Shown here: piece by piece, positions 60,627 through 64,000 of the stretch
Numbering within the stretch: position 1 is the stretch's first letter
Layout of the letters: each line of letters starts with the position of its first letter
Assembly (NCBI GenBank): GCA_021738565.1
Contig: JAIPBT010000017.1
Location: 15,950 to 79,949, forward strand
Reading direction: 5' to 3'
Length of the DNA: 64,000 nucleotides
Origin: Bacteroidales bacterium
Lineage (GTDB): Bacteria; Bacteroidota; Bacteroidia; Bacteroidales; GCA-2748055
Position numbers and translations under genes: made by a program
Notes under the pieces: model-generated
Told to the model about the DNA's origin: nothing
The model's input: only the letters and a program-made list of their open reading frames with translations
Databases searched by the model: none

Positions 60627-62734
60627 CAGAATTCATATCTAAGATTAAGCCCAAAGCACAGGGGTTTTCCGGTTTGAACATATTGATTTCCAAGTGCCTG
60701 AAAATAAAAGGCATCATACTCTGTTCCAAGCAGGTTCTTTCCCCAGAATTCAAGACCCATATTGTTTTTGTGAAAAGAGATCTTGGCATCCAGGAGTCCA
60801 TAAAAACCGGTTTTAAATGAATTCTCTTCATTCCAGTAGATATCTCCCAGACCACGGTACATTGCATTGAATCCAATTTTGTCCAGGAAATTGATCCCAT
60901 TCATTCTGAAATACCTTTTAACGATCACATTCACTGTGTGTTTTGGAATGTATGGAATGTAATTGCCCGTGTGGTCTGTTTCATTATCCACTTTGTGTTC
61001 TGTGAAAACTGCATGTGTAAATCCGTAAGACAGGGCAGGGATGAATCCTTTTATCGCCGCTGTTTTTATGGAAATTTCACCTCCTTTGCTTACAGATTTG
61101 CCGGCATTTTTCAGCAGGGAGCCGGGTGCAGGTGTATTGTCCTTATAAAATGCAGGCTGGTATATCTGCTGGTTTTTCCAGTCAATATAGAAAAGCGAAA
61201 TGTCTGTATAAAGGAAACTGTTGAAAAGGACGGACTTAAATCCTGCTTCATAGCTCCAGCTGAATTCAGGATCAAAGAAAAGGTCCTCATCCTTGTAGAA
61301 TGTTGAGTTGAATCCGCCGGTTTTATAACCTTTTGCAACTACCGCATAAATGCTGCTCCTGTTCAATTTGTAGTTTGCTGCTATTTTGGGAAGGATCTCC
61401 ATATAGGTAAGATCCGGATAGGTTGTATCAGCCATATTGACCATGTTGCCTGACCGTAAGATGTCGTAGGTGTAGTCAAGAATGTCCTGCTCAAAATCGA
61501 ATCTTATCCCTGCCGTTAGTGATAGGTTTTCAACCAGGAAATCATCTAATGTCGATTGGTGAAATACTGCAGCACCGGAAATTGTCTTGTCATATTTCTT
61601 AAATACAGTCACATCCCTCTGGTATATATCGACATCCACATGTTTATCGAATCTCTGCATGAATCCATAGGCACCGAAAAGCCAGTTGTACCTCTTATGG
61701 CTGGGGGAGCGGATGATTAACTCCTGGGAAATCATATGTTGTCGCTGTTCCTGGACGACAAAGTAGGCAGAATCCGGTGTGAAGTCCTGGTCAATGTTTT
61801 GTTGATCATCAAGGTATTGATAGGCAGTGGTGGCAACAAGCTCAACATTATCCCCGGAAAAATTGACAACCAATGCATCAGAGAACAGGGACCTGTTATA
61901 GGAACTGGGCTGGTTGTAATTGATGTCATTCGGGATCATAAGCGAATCATTGAGAATGGCATAGGGATAGCCACCTTCGCGGCTCTCTTCAAATGATACA
62001 ATATGCTCCACACGAAGCCGGTCAGTTATTTTCCAGGTCAATTTATTCCTGAGACCGAAAGAATGGGCCTTGTCTACCTGGTCGTTGAGGAAACTGTTGG
62101 TGTAAAAGCCATCCCTGTAACTGTAATTCATTGATATAGAATAACCAAAATTTTCTCCGGCCTTATTGTAGTGTCCCAGGTTGGCTGCAATATTGCCGTA
62201 ATTACCTGCTGAAAGAATCATTCTTGTACCCTGGTAATGCAGGGGAGACCTGGTGATGACATTGATTATTCCACCCATTGCATTCCTCCCATACAGTGTG
62301 CCCTGGGGGCCTTTAAGGATCTCAATTCTTTCTACATCAAAAAAATCGAAATCATAGGCGGCTTTTTCAAAATAAGGAACATGATCAACATACAATCCAA
62401 CGGAAGGACTGTTGATTCTTGAACCAATACCGCGGATGTATACAGGTGATGTTAGTTTTGAGCCGTAATCCGGCATAAAGAAACCGGGAGCAATGGCGGT
62501 GAGGTCGTTTAAGGACTGTACTTCATTTTCACTGATCGTTTTGGAAGATACCATATTGACAGTTGCAGGCATCTTTTTCAGGGTTAGGTTGTTTTTTGAA
62601 GAGCTGATTTGAATTTCTTCCAGGTGAAGTTCAGGAACTTCAGTACTGTCGGTAAGTATTATTACCTCCTGTGCATAATTGTTCTGAATGACCATCTGCA
62701 TTAGCAGGATCATGAAAATATATTTGATTTTCAT
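60626..62734 (-). CDS. TonB-dependent receptor (siderophore/porphyrin class, not SusC)
   Basis: Signal peptide, TonB-box-like LEEIQIS, plug YIRGIG and VERIEILKGPQGTLYGRNAMGGIIN, GYKTGGFN, terminal Phe. Confidence 0.93.
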   Translation of the reverse strand: MKIKYIFMILLMQMVIQNNYAQEVIILTDSTEVPELHLEEIQISSSKNNLTLKKMPATVNMVSSKTISENEVQSLNDLTAIAPGFFMPDYGSKLTSPVYIRGIGSRINSPSVGLYVDHVPYFEKAAYDFDFFDVERIEILKGPQGTLYGRNAMGGIINVITRSPLHYQGTRMILSAGNYGNIAANLGHYNKAGENFGYSISMNYSYRDGFYTNSFLNDQVDKAHSFGLRNKLTWKITDRLRVEHIVSFEESREGGYPYAILNDSLMIPNDINYNQPSSYNRSLFSDALVVNFSGDNVELVATTAYQYLDDQQNIDQDFTPDSAYFVVQEQRQHMISQELIIRSPSHKRYNWLFGAYGFMQRFDKHVDVDIYQRDVTVFKKYDKTISGAAVFHQSTLDDFLVENLSLTAGIRFDFEQDILDYTYDILRSGNMVNMADTTYPDLTYMEILPKIAANYKLNRSSIYAVVAKGYKTGGFNSTFYKDEDLFFDPEFSWSYEAGFKSVLFNSFLYTDISLFYIDWKNQQIYQPAFYKDNTPAPGSLLKNAGKSVSKGGEISIKTAAIKGFIPALSYGFTHAVFTEHKVDNETDHTGNYIPYIPKHTVNVIVKRYFRMNGINFLDKIGFNAMYRGLGDIYWNEENSFKTGFYGLLDAKISFHKNNMGLEFWGKNLLGTEYDAFYFQALGNQYVQTGKPLCFGLNLRYEF

Positions 62735-62834
62735 TGTATTGGAGTTTTAAAATGAATGAATTTTTCATGATATAAATGCCCATTCAGGTCATTTGTGTCA
62801 TGAATTCATAATGTTGAATGTTATACCCGGAGTT

Positions 62835-63176
62835 TCAGGCGGAGGGTGGAGGGCGGGAATAAAGGCAGTTCAGAAAAGGTGCCCGCGGAATCAGACATTC
62901 TATTATAGGTACTTTAAAACGCGAAAGGAGAGATTGTACACGGAACTCCCGGTTTGCTGCTGGTTCAGCGCTGTAGTTGAAATAATGAAAAGTGTTGTGC
63001 TTCTGAATTTTTTCATCAGAAGCATCGGTGAGCTTAATATTTTTAGCAATTAGGCGGTCATTGACATCATCGTCTGCACCAGCCTTCATAATGGTATGAA
63101 AGCCAATGTAGGCCCCATAGAACATTGCTATGAGTATATAGGGCAGGTGTGTTGAAAATAGACCGACTGTGAACAT
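62835..63176 (-). CDS. Hypothetical leader protein with N-terminal TM and C-terminal RPPP motif
   Basis: 113 aa, hydrophobic residues 1-26, ends LYSRPPPSA*; stop lies 100 nt upstream of the receptor start. Confidence 0.75.
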   Translation of the reverse strand: MFTVGLFSTHLPYILIAMFYGAYIGFHTIMKAGADDDVNDRLIAKNIKLTDASDEKIQKHNTFHYFNYSAEPAANREFRVQSLLSRFKVPIIECLIPRAPFLNCLYSRPPPSA

Positions 63177-63372
63177 TGCTTCCTGTTTTCAAATGCAAAG
63201 AAAACATATTTTCTTTCAATAAAAAAGTTGATGTACAGTCAGTTTCTTTAATTTAAAAAGATTCTACCTAAAAAGATATATTTTAAATCAGATTGCTTTA
63301 TTTAAAATAAATTATTTAACTTGACCGGAGAATGATGGATATCAGGGAATGGTCCCTGAAAAGAATTGAAAC

Positions 63373-63771
63373 ATGGAAACATTACATATTGAAGGAACTT
63401 ACAGAACTCCCACCATATCATTGAACCCGGATGATGGTATCCTTAAGATCATGGGCAGGTCAAATCCTGAAAATGCAAGGGAATTCTATACCCCGGTTCT
63501 TAACTGGCTGGATGAATACATTACCCTGCCGGCCGAAAGGACAGACCTGCGTGTGAACCTGGAACATTTTAATACCAGCAGTTCAAAATTTCTTATGGAG
63601 ATTTTTCGAAGAATCCGTTACCTGGCTGATAAAGACAAGGCTTTTAATGTGAAGTGGCTGTATGAGGAAGATGATCTTGAAATGCTTGATACAGCTGAAG
63701 CATATGAGATGATGACGGGCCTCAGATTTGAAAAGATAAGCTATCCGGAAGGTGAAACACCGGATATTTGA
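63373..63771 (+). CDS. SiaC / DUF1987 family regulatory phosphoprotein
   Basis: TPTI, GRSNPENAREFY, FNTSSSK and WLYEEDD motifs. Confidence 0.88.
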   Translation: METLHIEGTYRTPTISLNPDDGILKIMGRSNPENAREFYTPVLNWLDEYITLPAERTDLRVNLEHFNTSSSKFLMEIFRRIRYLADKDKAFNVKWLYEEDDLEMLDTAEAYEMMTGLRFEKISYPEGETPDI

Positions 63772-63851
63772 TGTGCACCATTGAAATTCGCCCTTTGCCC
63801 GTTTACTCCTACCCACAGGTTTCAAACAATTGCTACTTTTGTATTCATAAC

Positions 63852-64000
63852 TAGTGTCAGAAAGAAAACTCATATTATTTAGCTGTGCTTGATAAGAAAG
63901 CGACAAGAGCAAGGCCTGCGATGACTGAAGAACAGGAGTTTACTGATCGTAAATGACTGTTTTGAAGTCGAGCATAACGCAGCTATTGGCGTTTTCTTGC
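63852..64000. mobile_element. ERIC-like miniature element, copy 2 (cut by the window end)
   Basis: Same 60-nt left arm and AGCTATTGnCGTTTTCTTG right arm as 52998-53103; core CAGGAGTTTAC-TGATC-GTAAATGACTG. Confidence 0.75.

Overview
This window is core chromosome of a Bacteroidota organism, most likely an anaerobic Bacteroidales/Marinilabiliales type. Support comes from TAnnTTTG promoters, RprXY, the Bacteroidota-style dcw cluster ending in FtsZ ...LHDNVD, and glsAB next to mraZ. Most of it is housekeeping: RprXY, tRNA-Ser-exbB-X-exbD-exbD, ansA, tatD, gdhA, dprA, aroA, miaB, aspS, purF, the glycine-lipid acyltransferases, the full dcw cluster, the mfd-coaX-OMP-TPR-lptC-CBS-ppiD operon, and pabBC. 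The most interesting locus is a tightly coupled minus-strand operon at 55.6-63.2 kb: TonB-dependent receptor, AmpG/RhtX-type MFS permease, HemN, HemY-type oxidase and ferrochelatase. It looks like an import-and-finish pathway for an exogenous porphyrin precursor. It is preceded by a membrane-anchored leader ORF ending in an RPPP arrest-type motif. Intergenic DNA holds a family of ERIC-like TA-flanked miniature elements, a nested REP/heptamer repeat hotspot, and a stand-alone ~150-nt transcription unit divergent from rprX. All calls come from motif recognition by eye; no database search was run.
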